A stretch of 64,000 nt of DNA from a virus (IMGVR_UViG_3300025018_000142:1-64000); one strand, 5' to 3'. Positions 1 through 8,754 are shown, counted from the first letter of the stretch. Program-made: numbers and translations. The notes: generated by a model not told the origin, from the sequence alone.

Positions 1-127
1 TACAGATTTTAATTATTTCTGCACGAGCTTCTTCTAATGTTATCTCCCTAAGTGCAAATTTCAACAGTATTCTCTCTATCTCTATTTGCATAATTTTGTC
101 GTTTAGTATCTGAATTTCGGTCATGCT
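1..127 (+). repeat. 127-bp direct repeat, copy 1
   Basis: tacagatttt...ggtcatgct identical to 43892-44018; diverges at the next base. Confidence 0.97.
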
Positions 128-152
128 ATTTATAACTAGATTAACTTAAATG

Positions 153-181
153 AATATACTACAATTAGATATCCTTGTCAA
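153..181 (-). promoter_or_regulatory. sigma70-type promoter driving the 43878-44015 ORF and the Macro-pentapeptide gene across the circular junction
   Basis: TTGACA(181-176)-17 bp-TATATT(158-153). Confidence 0.75.
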
Positions 182-208
182 TGGTTGTTTAGAGTGGAAA
201 TATAAGAA

Positions 209-306
209 GCCGGTTTCGGATTTGCACCGTTTGAGTTGGCCGCTAAGCCTAGTCACTTCCCTATGGGAGCAACCCCATAAACATAGAACTACACTATGAT
301 ACCGGC
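209..306 (-). ncRNA. candidate cloverleaf (tRNA-like) structured RNA
   Basis: Closing helix GCCGGT/ACCGGC, CATAG/CTATG hairpin, TATGGG/CCCATA hairpin, CGG-TGCAAAT-CCG T-loop-like hairpin; no CCA, non-canonical loop sizes. Confidence 0.35.
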
Positions 307-314
307 ACTATTGA

Positions 315-617
315 TTATCTTTTCTTTTTATGTGGACCGGAAGCGTTTTTGTTTCCTTTACCAGCACCGCCACCATGCCCAAACTTTGCAACCTTTAGGT
401 TCCCTTTCGAGTTATCTTTTGGATTGCCATTTGAGTGATGTATTTCTTTGTGCCTCAGTGCTCCCTTGCCCATTTTCTTTACCATTTCTCTTCGTGCTTG
501 TATACGAGAAACGGTATCGGCTGAGTGCTCTTTGTTGTATTTAGCAACCTTATCTGCATGTTTAACACGATACCGCCTCGTATACGCCTTTTTGGTATCT
601 TTGTATAGTTTTTTCAT
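315..617 (-). CDS. small basic protein with HNH-like motif
   Basis: HKEIHHSNGNPKDNSKGNL resembles the HNH core; Lys-rich ends. Confidence 0.55.
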   Translation of the reverse strand: MKKLYKDTKKAYTRRYRVKHADKVAKYNKEHSADTVSRIQARREMVKKMGKGALRHKEIHHSNGNPKDNSKGNLKVAKFGHGGGAGKGNKNASGPHKKKR

Positions 618-619
618 TA

Positions 620-919
620 CTATATTTTAGCACTTCCAAATAAGCGTTGCCAGAAACTTATTTGTCTTTGAGATACCAGTGGCTTTATTCTGGTAGGCTT
701 TGTATAAATACCCTCATATATTTTCAGTTGCTCCATGTCCAGAACGTATTGACAGCTATGGTCTTTTTGAGCAATGGATTTGATTACATATCCATCCTTC
801 TTCAATGCAAACACAATTGCCCCCATTCTTGGTATGAAGTTTCTATATCCCCAAAAACTATTTACCCCCACATCTCCCGCATCAATAAGCTCCTCTAGAA
901 CTTTCTCTCTTTGTGACAT
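620..919 (-). CDS. winged helix-turn-helix protein
   Basis: RMGAIVFALKKDGYVI pattern of small phage wHTH proteins. Confidence 0.55.
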   Translation of the reverse strand: MSQREKVLEELIDAGDVGVNSFWGYRNFIPRMGAIVFALKKDGYVIKSIAQKDHSCQYVLDMEQLKIYEGIYTKPTRIKPLVSQRQISFWQRLFGSAKI

Positions 920-936
920 TTGATAGGACAGTTAAA

Positions 937-1950
937 TTAGATATCTTTCATTGTAGCGAATACGTCATCGTTGTCGGTGAGTTTTCCGTCTACAACTTCT
1001 ACCGGTTCAATATCAGCTTCGGAGTCTACAATCTCTTGAACTTGCTCCAATAGGTCTGGATACTCGGACAGCATTTTTAGTGCCGCCTTTGCCTTACCTG
1101 TTACGGTCTTAATTTCTTCATCTGTAGTCGCCCTCTTAAATCTTTCCTGAAGATTCGCGACAGACCTTGCATACTTGAGTTTTACGTCAACAGACTCCTG
1201 TTTGGTGATTGCCGGTGCAGTAGTTTCCTCTTGTTTGTCCTTCTCTGTTGGTAAGCCGGCAGCAAACGCCTTAATTGGCTCCTGTGGCTTCTCTTCTTTT
1301 ATCTGAACTGTCTTTGCCTCTGATACTCTATCTTTGGTTTCTACAGGCAATTCATCGTCAGTATAGGGTAGTCCGCCCACTTGGTCTGGGAATACCCAAC
1401 GGAGTGCCTGTTCCAATCCTACTTTCTTTCCCATATACTGTGGTTGTTTCTTCCATGGTTGTGAGTATTGGATGATTTCATTAAGGAATACCTCGTGCTC
1501 ATACGGTTGCTTCCAATCCTTCCGGTGAACCGTTACGGTAATCTTAGAGTTGCTGTAATAGATTCCTGCGGCTGGTTGCTTGTGCACGAATACCCATGTA
1601 TATCTTGGTTCATCACAATATACCCATTCATTAGGGATTACCTCGCTTTTGATTGTGAACCCGCCCCACTTGCCACTTTCCTCTGCACGCTTTAGGTACA
1701 CCTCGTACCCTGTGATAATCGTGAGGTTATATGTGCCGGTTTGTTTGTCATAGTGAGGTACAGCGTGGATTTCTCGCTTGAATGGATTAAGTCCAAATGC
1801 CCTTGCTACTTGGAAGAACGCTTCAACCTTTGCTGGTCCGACCTTCTGGAATAGGTCGTTACTCGCAACGAATGATTTTAATGCTTTCTCCAATTCGTCT
1901 TTGTCAACCCCATTGTTAAGGGTGGAAATTGCTTTTGTATTTTCTTTCAT
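937..1950 (-). CDS. bet: single-strand annealing protein, Bet/RecT family
   Basis: FGLNPFKREIHAV, ITGYEVYLKRAE, W+KQPQYMGKKVGLEQALRWVFP motifs; acidic C-terminus. Confidence 0.85.
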   Translation of the reverse strand: MKENTKAISTLNNGVDKDELEKALKSFVASNDLFQKVGPAKVEAFFQVARAFGLNPFKREIHAVPHYDKQTGTYNLTIITGYEVYLKRAEESGKWGGFTIKSEVIPNEWVYCDEPRYTWVFVHKQPAAGIYYSNSKITVTVHRKDWKQPYEHEVFLNEIIQYSQPWKKQPQYMGKKVGLEQALRWVFPDQVGGLPYTDDELPVETKDRVSEAKTVQIKEEKPQEPIKAFAAGLPTEKDKQEETTAPAITKQESVDVKLKYARSVANLQERFKRATTDEEIKTVTGKAKAALKMLSEYPDLLEQVQEIVDSEADIEPVEVVDGKLTDNDDVFATMKDI

Positions 1951-1967
1951 GATGTTTCGTGTTAATC

Positions 1968-2159
1968 TTATTTTTTATTGCCTCTTGCATCTAGTAGTTT
2001 GTGTAATTTCTTCCATCTGTTTATACATACTCTGCCCGTTGTCTTAACGTCTGGCATGTCGTTTTCATCTACTGTGACTATAGTGGAGAGTAAGTCCCTC
2101 TGTATATCCTCTGCCCGCCTCTTTTCTGCATTTCTAGCTTCTTTTATTTTTTCGTTCAT
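1968..2159 (-). CDS. hypothetical protein
   Basis: ORF with AGGAG SD upstream. Confidence 0.6.
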   Translation of the reverse strand: MNEKIKEARNAEKRRAEDIQRDLLSTIVTVDENDMPDVKTTGRVCINRWKKLHKLLDARGNKK

Positions 2160-2174
2160 AATTCTCCTGTTTAA

Positions 2175-2489
2175 TTATTTTCTGTTATCTTCTTCGTCTA
2201 AAACCGTAATCGTTACTGCTATACCTTTTCTGAAGTACTCGATAACTGGATACTCCGACCTAATGATAAAGAATGCACCGTTGTCAAATGAATACTTCTG
2301 ATAGCGAGTAAGACCCTTGCTTGCATTCCTGAGAATATCTATTGCTATGCTTTCGTCAGTAACGGGCTCTACTAATTTTACCGGTTGAGAATACTTACTG
2401 TTAAGCCATTCCTTCTTTTTCTTCCAAGCCTGTCTAATAGCCCTTCCCCGGGCTTTCCTCTGTTTTTCTGTCCATATTCCGTGTGACAT
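2175..2489 (-). CDS. hypothetical protein
   Basis: ORF tiling the early operon. Confidence 0.6.
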   Translation of the reverse strand: MSHGIWTEKQRKARGRAIRQAWKKKKEWLNSKYSQPVKLVEPVTDESIAIDILRNASKGLTRYQKYSFDNGAFFIIRSEYPVIEYFRKGIAVTITVLDEEDNRK

Positions 2490-2510
2490 ATTTTATAAAT
2501 AATAAATTAA

Positions 2511-2735
2511 CTAGTCCTTCTGCTCATTGACAATAAAATTGTCTACTGGAACCCATCCATTATCAGTTCTTATCTGACAACCGACAAGGTTGTTCTGCCA
2601 TCTCGTTTCGTAACCTGTATATCCTGAACCACAAAAACTCTTTGCGATTGCTATAATCCCAAAACATGCAATCGTGACAATCAGTGCGAACGGTATTGCT
2701 ACCCATTTTACAAACGACATAAAATCACTTTCCAT
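2511..2735 (-). CDS. small membrane-anchored protein
   Basis: N-terminal hydrophobic helix, two Cys. Confidence 0.6.
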   Translation of the reverse strand: MESDFMSFVKWVAIPFALIVTIACFGIIAIAKSFCGSGYTGYETRWQNNLVGCQIRTDNGWVPVDNFIVNEQKD

Positions 2736-2752
2736 CTTTTGCTTCTAATAAC

Positions 2753-3058
2753 TTATCTTACTACTACCCTTGCCAAATACTGACAAGCCTGTATATCGCC
2801 CATGTTGCCGCCTTTGATTGTACCAACAGGAGACACTAAATCTTCTCTGTCTTTGCAAAGAATTGCGATAATCTTCGGTACGATATAAAGTACGTTTTCG
2901 ACTCTCGGCGGTAGGTTCGTCTCGTCCTGTTGCAGATACTCAAAGGCATTGCCCTTGTCGAACTCAACTGAACTGGGAATCCTAACCACCACTCCGCTTG
3001 GGGGATATTCATTTCCATCACACACTAACTTATGCCTCAATAAACTTTTGTAAATCAC
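2753..3058 (-). CDS. conserved-looking phage hypothetical protein
   Basis: AAGGAGGT SD before GTG; LPP-x5-YIVP-x8-REDLVSP pattern. Confidence 0.65.
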   Translation of the reverse strand: MIYKSLLRHKLVCDGNEYPPSGVVVRIPSSVEFDKGNAFEYLQQDETNLPPRVENVLYIVPKIIAILCKDREDLVSPVGTIKGGNMGDIQACQYLARVVVR

Positions 3059-3085
3059 AACACCTCCTTCTTATTTATTTTATAT

Positions 3086-3114
3086 CTTATACTATATCTA
3101 CATTACATTGTCAA
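3086..3114 (-). promoter_or_regulatory. sigma70-type promoter
   Basis: TTGACA(3114-3109)-17-TATAAG. Confidence 0.55.
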
Positions 3115-3350
3115 GCATACCTAAAGTCGGTAACTCCCATGTAGATTAGTCTGATTTCTTTCTTATCGAAATCTACCTCTACGGTACGGAATAAGCCCAT
3201 AGCGTGAGATAGCATTTCCTTAACCGTTATCTCGTCAAACTTGTATTTTGCTGTTAGTATCATATTAGTCTTGATGAAAAATTAGTCCGAACACTACAAT
3301 GATTGCTAGTGCATAGATTGCCACACCGATTATGGTGGAAAATGCCTCAA

Positions 3351-3578
3351 TCATGATGTTTCCCCTGATACATACTTCCATATTTCTTTTTCTTGAACTA
3401 CGGAGACTTTTGCCAACACCTTCATGAACTCGTGAATATTGATTGTTCTATCATCTATCTGCGAGCCGAGCAGTCTCCACAATCCGTTCTGCAACCTCTC
3501 TGCAAAATTGCTGTTCTGACCGTCTATCAATGCCCTCCGCAGCCATGTGGTTAATTCTCTATTGGTTAGTTCTCGCAT
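3351..3578 (-). CDS. hypothetical protein
   Basis: ORF tiling the early operon. Confidence 0.55.
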   Translation of the reverse strand: MRELTNRELTTWLRRALIDGQNSNFAERLQNGLWRLLGSQIDDRTINIHEFMKVLAKVSVVQEKEIWKYVSGETS

Positions 3579-3808
3579 ACTATCTCTCTGCTTAATTTAA
3601 TTGCCTGTTTTCTTGGCATATTCTGGACAATCCAGCATTGCATAACTTCTGCAATCTTTCTGACCGCCTTATTTACGTTGAACTGTTGGATGCTGGTCAT
3701 TTCTCTCTTTGGTAGGTTAAAATGATTGCCCGTCTTCGCAAAGAATACATCAAGGTTCTCATTGAGTGCCTTGTATATTTCCTCTACTGTGTAAATGTGC
3801 TTCTCCAT
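3566..3808 (-). CDS. hypothetical protein
   Basis: ORF tiling the early operon, GAGGT SD. Confidence 0.6.
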   Translation of the reverse strand: MEKHIYTVEEIYKALNENLDVFFAKTGNHFNLPKREMTSIQQFNVNKAVRKIAEVMQCWIVQNMPRKQAIKLSREIVCEN

Positions 3809-3809
3809 A

Positions 3810-4028
3810 TTATTCTACCTCCTCTAAAATTAAATCTTTGTTGTACCATACAGTATCGCCTGTTTCGTCATCCGCGATACAGTCAAGAACCATGTTTCTA
3901 TTGCACTCTTCCGCATCGAAGCCTAATTCCCTCTTGTCGAATTTCTTGATTACGTCTTTTACGTCTTCTGCTTCAACGCACTCCATTGTCGTGACGGTGT
4001 GCTGTATGTAAACTTGATAAGTTTTCAT
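3810..4028 (-). CDS. small acidic hypothetical protein
   Basis: ORF directly downstream of the repeated intergenic cassette. Confidence 0.65.
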   Translation of the reverse strand: MKTYQVYIQHTVTTMECVEAEDVKDVIKKFDKRELGFDAEECNRNMVLDCIADDETGDTVWYNKDLILEEVE

Positions 4029-4076
4029 GTTTTTATATTTGATAATTTAATTGTTTGTAGTGGAAATTTATTTGCC
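4029..4076 (-). repeat. about 50-bp intergenic cassette, copy 1 (contains TTTCCAC)
   Basis: ttttatatttgataatttaattgtttgtagtggaaatttatttgc aligns with 5455-5500. Confidence 0.7.
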
Positions 4077-4078
4077 TA

Positions 4079-4327
4079 TTAGTTTTCCTCCTCTCTTAAT
4101 TTAGCCACTTGTGCCTTTAGGTGGCTTACTTGCCACGGTGTCCAACCTATTTCGTGGTCGTCTTCTACGGTGTTGTCTTCATAGACAATGCAAGCGTAGT
4201 ATTCTATGCCTTGCATATCAAGGGTTTCCGCCCTAGACTGATAATCACTATGAAGTTCGTATACCTCGGTTGCCTTCATTCCTTTGTGGTCATCAATTCG
4301 TATTTCGTAGTGGTCGATTGTTTTCAT
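4079..4327 (-). CDS. small acidic hypothetical protein
   Basis: GAGAGGA SD. Confidence 0.65.
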   Translation of the reverse strand: MKTIDHYEIRIDDHKGMKATEVYELHSDYQSRAETLDMQGIEYYACIVYEDNTVEDDHEIGWTPWQVSHLKAQVAKLREEEN

Positions 4328-4887
4328 AATCCTCTCGTTAATAATTTAACATACTCCAATGCCACCCTCAAACTATATGTTTCATTTATGTTCTCCGATT
4401 TCTTTCTACGTTTCCTAGAGTCTAGGAAAATAAACTCTTGTATTTCTCTCGACAAGGCAAATACTGCTTCTTCTGTTTTGCTCATGTTAGTAAAGTATTA
4501 GATTATTTGGATACCATGTAACTTCTCTGTCAGTCGTGATATCGCTATGGCAATAGATTGTTACCGTGTTATGGTCGCAAAACCCTCCAACTACTATCTC
4601 ATCAATTACAAAGGTTCTTTCGCTTCCTGTTGATTCTCTGCTTCAATGATAACATTCTTCTCGACTGTTTCTTTGTAGCGCATGAGATATTCCATGTTTT
4701 CTTTCTTATAATTTAAGTAAAAATGTTGTCTTCCTATCTATAATCATGACTTGCTTATCATGACTCTTTGACTGTTGCCACTCTTGCGGAGTTACAATTC
4801 TATAGATTTTATCATCTATAAGCACCCTGTTTTTGTCTATAAGTTTCATTGTAAATGGTGGAAATTATCTTAATTTTTGTGTACTGC

Positions 4888-5454
4888 TTATGCGTAGCAC
4901 GTTTTATACATTGGTTCTCCTCCCCATGTATTTGCACTTGCGTAACTTGTCAGTTTTATCCCGTATTTACCAGCGATTTTAGTCATCGGTTCATCTATCT
5001 TCTTCGTTGTATCTGCCGTAACTCTATACGATTCGTAGCCCGTACATTCCAATATTTTTGAGCCTATCTGTTGAATAGTTACCATTTTCTCGCCAACGAG
5101 TGCGGTGATTTGGTAAAAGTCTATGTTGGTTTGGTCGTAACCCCACGATGAATAGAGTATATCGCCTACTTTATAACTATGTTTCCATTGTTTTCGTTCC
5201 TCTTTCGCCTTGTTTCTTCTTGCCACCCAGCCCCTAACCTTTGCCATAAATTGCTCGGTATACTTCTCCCTCTGTTCTTTTGTTTCAAAACGATAATTTG
5301 CATCAGGTTTTGACCTTTTTTCTCCAAAGTATTTACCTATGTAGTAGTCTTTCCCGTTGTAACTTTTCGTTAAGTAGTAAATTTCCCACAAGTTTTTGAC
5401 CTCTATTTTTTGGTCGTATTCAGTTGGAATGAATATCTGTCTTTCTAGTTTCAT
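4888..5454 (-). CDS. phage hypothetical protein
   Basis: 188-aa ORF; YKVGDILYSSWGYDQTNIDFYQI motif (SH3-like pattern seen in mobile-element proteins). Confidence 0.75.
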   Translation of the reverse strand: MKLERQIFIPTEYDQKIEVKNLWEIYYLTKSYNGKDYYIGKYFGEKRSKPDANYRFETKEQREKYTEQFMAKVRGWVARRNKAKEERKQWKHSYKVGDILYSSWGYDQTNIDFYQITALVGEKMVTIQQIGSKILECTGYESYRVTADTTKKIDEPMTKIAGKYGIKLTSYASANTWGGEPMYKTCYA

Positions 5455-5500
5455 TTTATAATTTGATAAGTTAGTTTGTTGTTGGTGGAAACTATTTGCA
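5455..5500 (-). repeat. about 50-bp intergenic cassette, copy 2
   Basis: ttttataatttgataagttagtttgttgttggtggaaactatttgc. Confidence 0.7.
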
Positions 5501-5520
5501 GTTTGCGTGAAACATTTAAG

Positions 5521-5703
5521 TTAGTTATCGTAAGCACCCATGACTTTTATCCATAATGCTTGCGGATACTTTACGAACAATTCTTTTTCGGCAATCTTTC
5601 GGGCTTGCTGTTCGTTGTTTGCTTGTACCAAGTAAGCTCCTCGCTTGTTATTGAGAGTGCCAAACTTAATGATGTATTCGACATACATGGGTTTCGTATT
5701 CAT
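5521..5703 (-). CDS. hypothetical protein
   Basis: 60-aa ORF in operon. Confidence 0.55.
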   Translation of the reverse strand: MNTKPMYVEYIIKFGTLNNKRGAYLVQANNEQQARKIAEKELFVKYPQALWIKVMGAYDN

Positions 5704-5857
5704 AACGTTTTACTGTTAGTTTATAATTCTTAATCGTCAATCTCTCAGTGCTTGCTATACCATGAAATTATTTGCCCACTACGTTGATGCGGTACGATTT
5801 GTTACCACGAGTCAACGTGATTCTGAAAACTCTTTTCATAATTGAACCAAGTAAAAT

Positions 5858-5893
5858 TATATAATAGGATACTTTGCAATATCCTATTGTATA
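5858..5893. terminator. long A/T-rich inverted repeat (terminator or operator)
   Basis: tatataataggata-ctttgcaa-tatcctattgtata, 14-bp arms with one mismatch. Confidence 0.5.
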
Positions 5894-6209
5894 ACGTGTT
5901 ATGAGGTAAAACTTCTTACATTTCAACCGCGTCTAATTTCAGCGGTACTACTGTAATCTTTACATCTCAATGCTTGCATAATTCTCTTATGCTTTGCACG
6001 CTACCTTCCAAGTCCCGCAACGGTGTTCCCCGTTGGCGTTTTACCGCGTAGCCCGTTCACTTGCCAAGCAGTCAGCATCAAGCCAGTCATGGTAATAGAA
6101 TCCGCCATGCTGTCGTTCTTTTATCTGACCGTGTTTCTCAAACGGTTCGATTCTTGCTCCTCTTATTTTTTAACACTTTTTTCGTGTAATGTTTTACTAC
6201 ACTAGGAAC

Positions 6210-6238
6210 ATTGTACAGTATCTCAATCCGAATGTCAA
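6210..6238 (-). promoter_or_regulatory. strong sigma70 promoter
   Basis: TTGACA(6238-6233)-17-TACAAT(6215-6210). Confidence 0.8.
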
Positions 6239-6430
6239 TAGCACTATATTACTGCATAAGATAATCAATACCTATGGGAATATATCCCATGCCCTAAGGC
6301 GTAACAAGTAAACGCTATACAGGGGTGAACCCATACAGCAAAATGATAATCAATAGCAACAATGCCACTAACTCTCCTAGCTGGTAATACTGTTAAAGTT
6401 CTCGTGATGTATTTCTACTACACTGAGAAT

Positions 6431-6459
6431 AGTATACATGAAATTAATAACAATGTCAA
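6431..6459 (-). promoter_or_regulatory. strong sigma70 promoter
   Basis: TTGACA(6459-6454)-17-TATACT(6436-6431). Confidence 0.8.
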
Positions 6460-6460
6460 G

Positions 6461-6612
6461 TACTATTATATATATATTACTTATATATATACTATATATT
6501 GTATTATTCGTTAGTAATAACTATATACTACTTATAAATATATAGTTACTGGTATATATAGTAATAGACTATATACTAACTATAATAAATATATATAAGC
6601 ATATAATACTAT
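6461..6612. repeat. extremely A/T-rich low-complexity tract with CTATATA repeats
   Basis: CTATATA at 6492, 6521, 6569; inverted TATATAG at 6539, 6555. Confidence 0.8.
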
Positions 6613-6889
6613 TTAGAAGCCAACAGACCACCGTGGGTGAAGGGAAAGTACCCGCCAGATACAGTACAGGGTATAGAGTAGTCCAACCGGCTTCGAATAG
6701 TTTAACCTTCTTCTCAGCAGTCTAGGGTTATGCTTTTAGGACTATCGTTAATATGGTACCTAAATATATGAATAGTATTCTAGTGTCTAAAATGGTAGTA
6801 AAATCTAACGGGTATAGGGGTTTGGGACATTTACCCAAAACAGTACCTATGGGAGGGAGATGAGGCAAAATCTTTAGAAATAAAGTATA

Positions 6890-7135
6890 TCAGGAGGAGG
6901 TGGGGGGGGTTCTATCTTTCATTTGGATAAAGGCGTCTAGTTTTTTATCTTGGAGGATTATGTGGGGGAATTGGGTGAGGGTTACGGCGGCTTTTTTCTT
7001 ATAGTAGTGGGAGAGGGAGTCTTTGGCGGTACAAATTTTGCACCAGCTGCGCCTCATGCGTTTTGTCTCTAATCGGGGGCCGAAGCTATCCGATAGTTTA
7101 TAGATTTTACACTTACTACAGCGGATTCTTGCCAA
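6890..7135 (-). CDS. zinc-finger protein
   Basis: CSKC...F...WCKIC (two CxxC). Confidence 0.6.
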   Translation of the reverse strand: MARIRCSKCKIYKLSDSFGPRLETKRMRRSWCKICTAKDSLSHYYKKKAAVTLTQFPHIILQDKKLDAFIQMKDRTPPTSS

Positions 7136-7136
7136 A

Positions 7137-7547
7137 CTAGTTACAGTCCAGTTTATTTATGGCGTCTCTAGCGGACCTGAGTTGGTTAACGCTAAAGCCA
7201 ATCCACGAGCAGGACGCCGACATGGGAACCGCTGCGCAGATATTTTCTGTTGATTTGGTGATACCGACCATGGAGCTTGCGAGTACCTTCTTTTGCTTGC
7301 AGACCCCTTTTATCGTATTTTTAACGGAATCGTTTGTTGCTTTCAGAACTTTATTCTCGGCAATCAACTTGACGCTCTCCTGGTTTTGAGCGAAGGATAA
7401 CTGGGCTATCTCATCGGTCTGCTTGCTCATCGCGGCTGCATCTTGGACTGAGGCGGTAAAATACCCAATACCAAAGCCAAAAGAAACTAGAATTAGCCAG
7501 CCCACTACCTTGGCCAACCGCTTGCCTATACTAACACGTTCTCGCAT
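7137..7547 (-). CDS. membrane-anchored coiled-coil protein
   Basis: N-terminal TM helix, Cys residues in C-terminal half. Confidence 0.7.
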   Translation of the reverse strand: MRERVSIGKRLAKVVGWLILVSFGFGIGYFTASVQDAAAMSKQTDEIAQLSFAQNQESVKLIAENKVLKATNDSVKNTIKGVCKQKKVLASSMVGITKSTENICAAVPMSASCSWIGFSVNQLRSARDAINKLDCN

Positions 7548-7549
7548 GC

Positions 7550-7708
7550 TTATCCTCGCTTAAATTTAACTGGTTTGGCCGTTTTTTCCTCACGAGTAAG
7601 AGGGTAGAAACAGTCAAAGTGCGCTACCTTGGTCTTTCCCTTCTCGTTCTCGTACCAGTACAACGCTCCGCCGGCCCTTATATCCCCCTTGCAAATGGAA
7701 CAGTTCAT
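7550..7708 (-). CDS. 52-aa zinc-binding protein (not in ORF track)
   Basis: MNCSICKGDI...AHFDCF: CxxC/HxxC; fills the gap between neighbours. Confidence 0.55.
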   Translation of the reverse strand: MNCSICKGDIRAGGALYWYENEKGKTKVAHFDCFYPLTREEKTAKPVKFKRG

Positions 7709-7739
7709 CGCATCCACGTTTAGCTTATACTACTACCAA

Positions 7740-8501
7740 CTATACAGGTTCTGGTTTGGGTGTCAAGACCTTCCCCGCCATGATTTCCCTAAAAGTTTTT
7801 ACGGAGCCAACACGCTCCGATTTTTCTGGAGGTGGCACAAATCGGGCACCTGTTGTGATAATTTTTCTCAGGCCAGTTCCATTCTCTACACATCTTCGAC
7901 ACCAATTCCTCATAAATGCTTCATAGTCCTTGTAAGCCTTCCCCATGCTCTTAACCCAATCCATAGCCTTCACATACTCCCTCTCAACATCCACCGTAGG
8001 GAACTCTTCAGTGAGCTTTTCCAAAAAAGAGGGTAGGGTATTATATTTCTTTACAATCTCTACACTCTCTACACTCTTATCTATATAGCTTTTCGAATTG
8101 ATTTGCGACTGATTTCGATTTGATTTTGATTTGATTTGCGAATTGATTTTCATATCAACAAGGTCATCATAGTTTTCTATCGTTACTTCCATGCCATACG
8201 ACTTCCGACTGATTTGCAGTTTGATTTGCAGTTTTCCCGAAGTGAGTAGTTGCAGGGTCTGAGAAACTCTGTTTTTTGATATTCCGCTCTGTTTACAGAA
8301 TTTGTCTATTGCAAATACACATTGCCCCTTTTTAAGTTGATGCCAAAATCTTTTATTCCCATTCCATAGTTCCTCTGGTGATTCCATGTCAGTGTTTCTC
8401 GCTGAAAGCATTATTTCAACAAACACTATTCTCGTTATGAGGTCGAATTGATTACACTCCGTTGTTATCGGTTGTTTCCACATATTCATTTTGTAATTCA
8501 A
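7740..8501 (-). CDS. phage replication initiator (replisome organiser type)
   Basis: N-terminal wHTH (LKKGQCVFAIDKFCKQSGISKNRV), repeat-encoded linker, C-terminal helical domain (YKDYEAFMRNW). Confidence 0.75.
   Translation of the reverse strand: MNYKMNMWKQPITTECNQFDLITRIVFVEIMLSARNTDMESPEELWNGNKRFWHQLKKGQCVFAIDKFCKQSGISKNRVSQTLQLLTSGKLQIKLQISRKSYGMEVTIENYDDLVDMKINSQIKSKSNRNQSQINSKSYIDKSVESVEIVKKYNTLPSFLEKLTEEFPTVDVEREYVKAMDWVKSMGKAYKDYEAFMRNWCRRCVENGTGLRKIITTGARFVPPPEKSERVGSVKTFREIMAGKVLTPKPEPV
8100..8230. repeat. GATTT(GC) iteron-like repeats inside the initiator gene
   Basis: GATTT at 8100, 8111, 8117, 8122, 8128, 8133, 8145, 8211, 8223. Confidence 0.55.
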
Positions 8502-8712
8502 CTAAGATATTTTTTATATCCTTCACGAGATATTCATACGCATCCAACATTTCCTTGGAAGTTTGGCCATCCATTCCGTCTATGTCGTATTTTTGCTCTA
8601 ATTTACTGACAGTCCATGAAAGATTCTGCACTTTTTTGAAGGTGTTGCGAATGCGAAGAAGTTTTGCGTACGTTACTATATTGTTCATTCTGAGTATTTC
8701 AACTAATTTCAA
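8452..8712 (-). CDS. hypothetical protein (start possibly ATG 8688)
   Basis: First gene of the leftward operon. Confidence 0.55.
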   Translation of the reverse strand: MKLVEILRMNNIVTYAKLLRIRNTFKKVQNLSWTVSKLEQKYDIDGMDGQTSKEMLDAYEYLVKDIKNILVELQNEYVETTDNNGV

Positions 8713-8720
8713 CTTTCATT

Positions 8721-8749
8721 ATGCTATATCTTAAATCCAACCCTGTCAA
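8721..8749 (-). promoter_or_regulatory. leftward promoter at the early/late divergence
   Basis: TTGACA(8749-8744)-17-TAGCAT. Confidence 0.6.
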
Positions 8750-8754
8750 GGTCC

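Noticed and set aside
1-127. 127-bp repeat as attL/attR or a biological terminal repeat
   Set aside because: It begins exactly at base 1, its length equals a standard assembler k-mer, it falls mid-ORF, and no integrase is present
209-306. Call as a functional tRNA gene
   Set aside because: Anticodon loop is 6 or 8 nt, no D-loop GG, 3-bp T stem, no CCA; kept only as tRNA-like
5916-5965. Two ATG-TAA start-stop mini-ORFs on the minus strand
   Set aside because: No convincing SD; such hexamers are common in A/T-rich DNA
6840-7060. G-quadruplex in a G-rich stretch including G8 at 6902-6909
   Set aside because: G-runs are too widely spaced and explained by Pro codons of the minus-strand ORF
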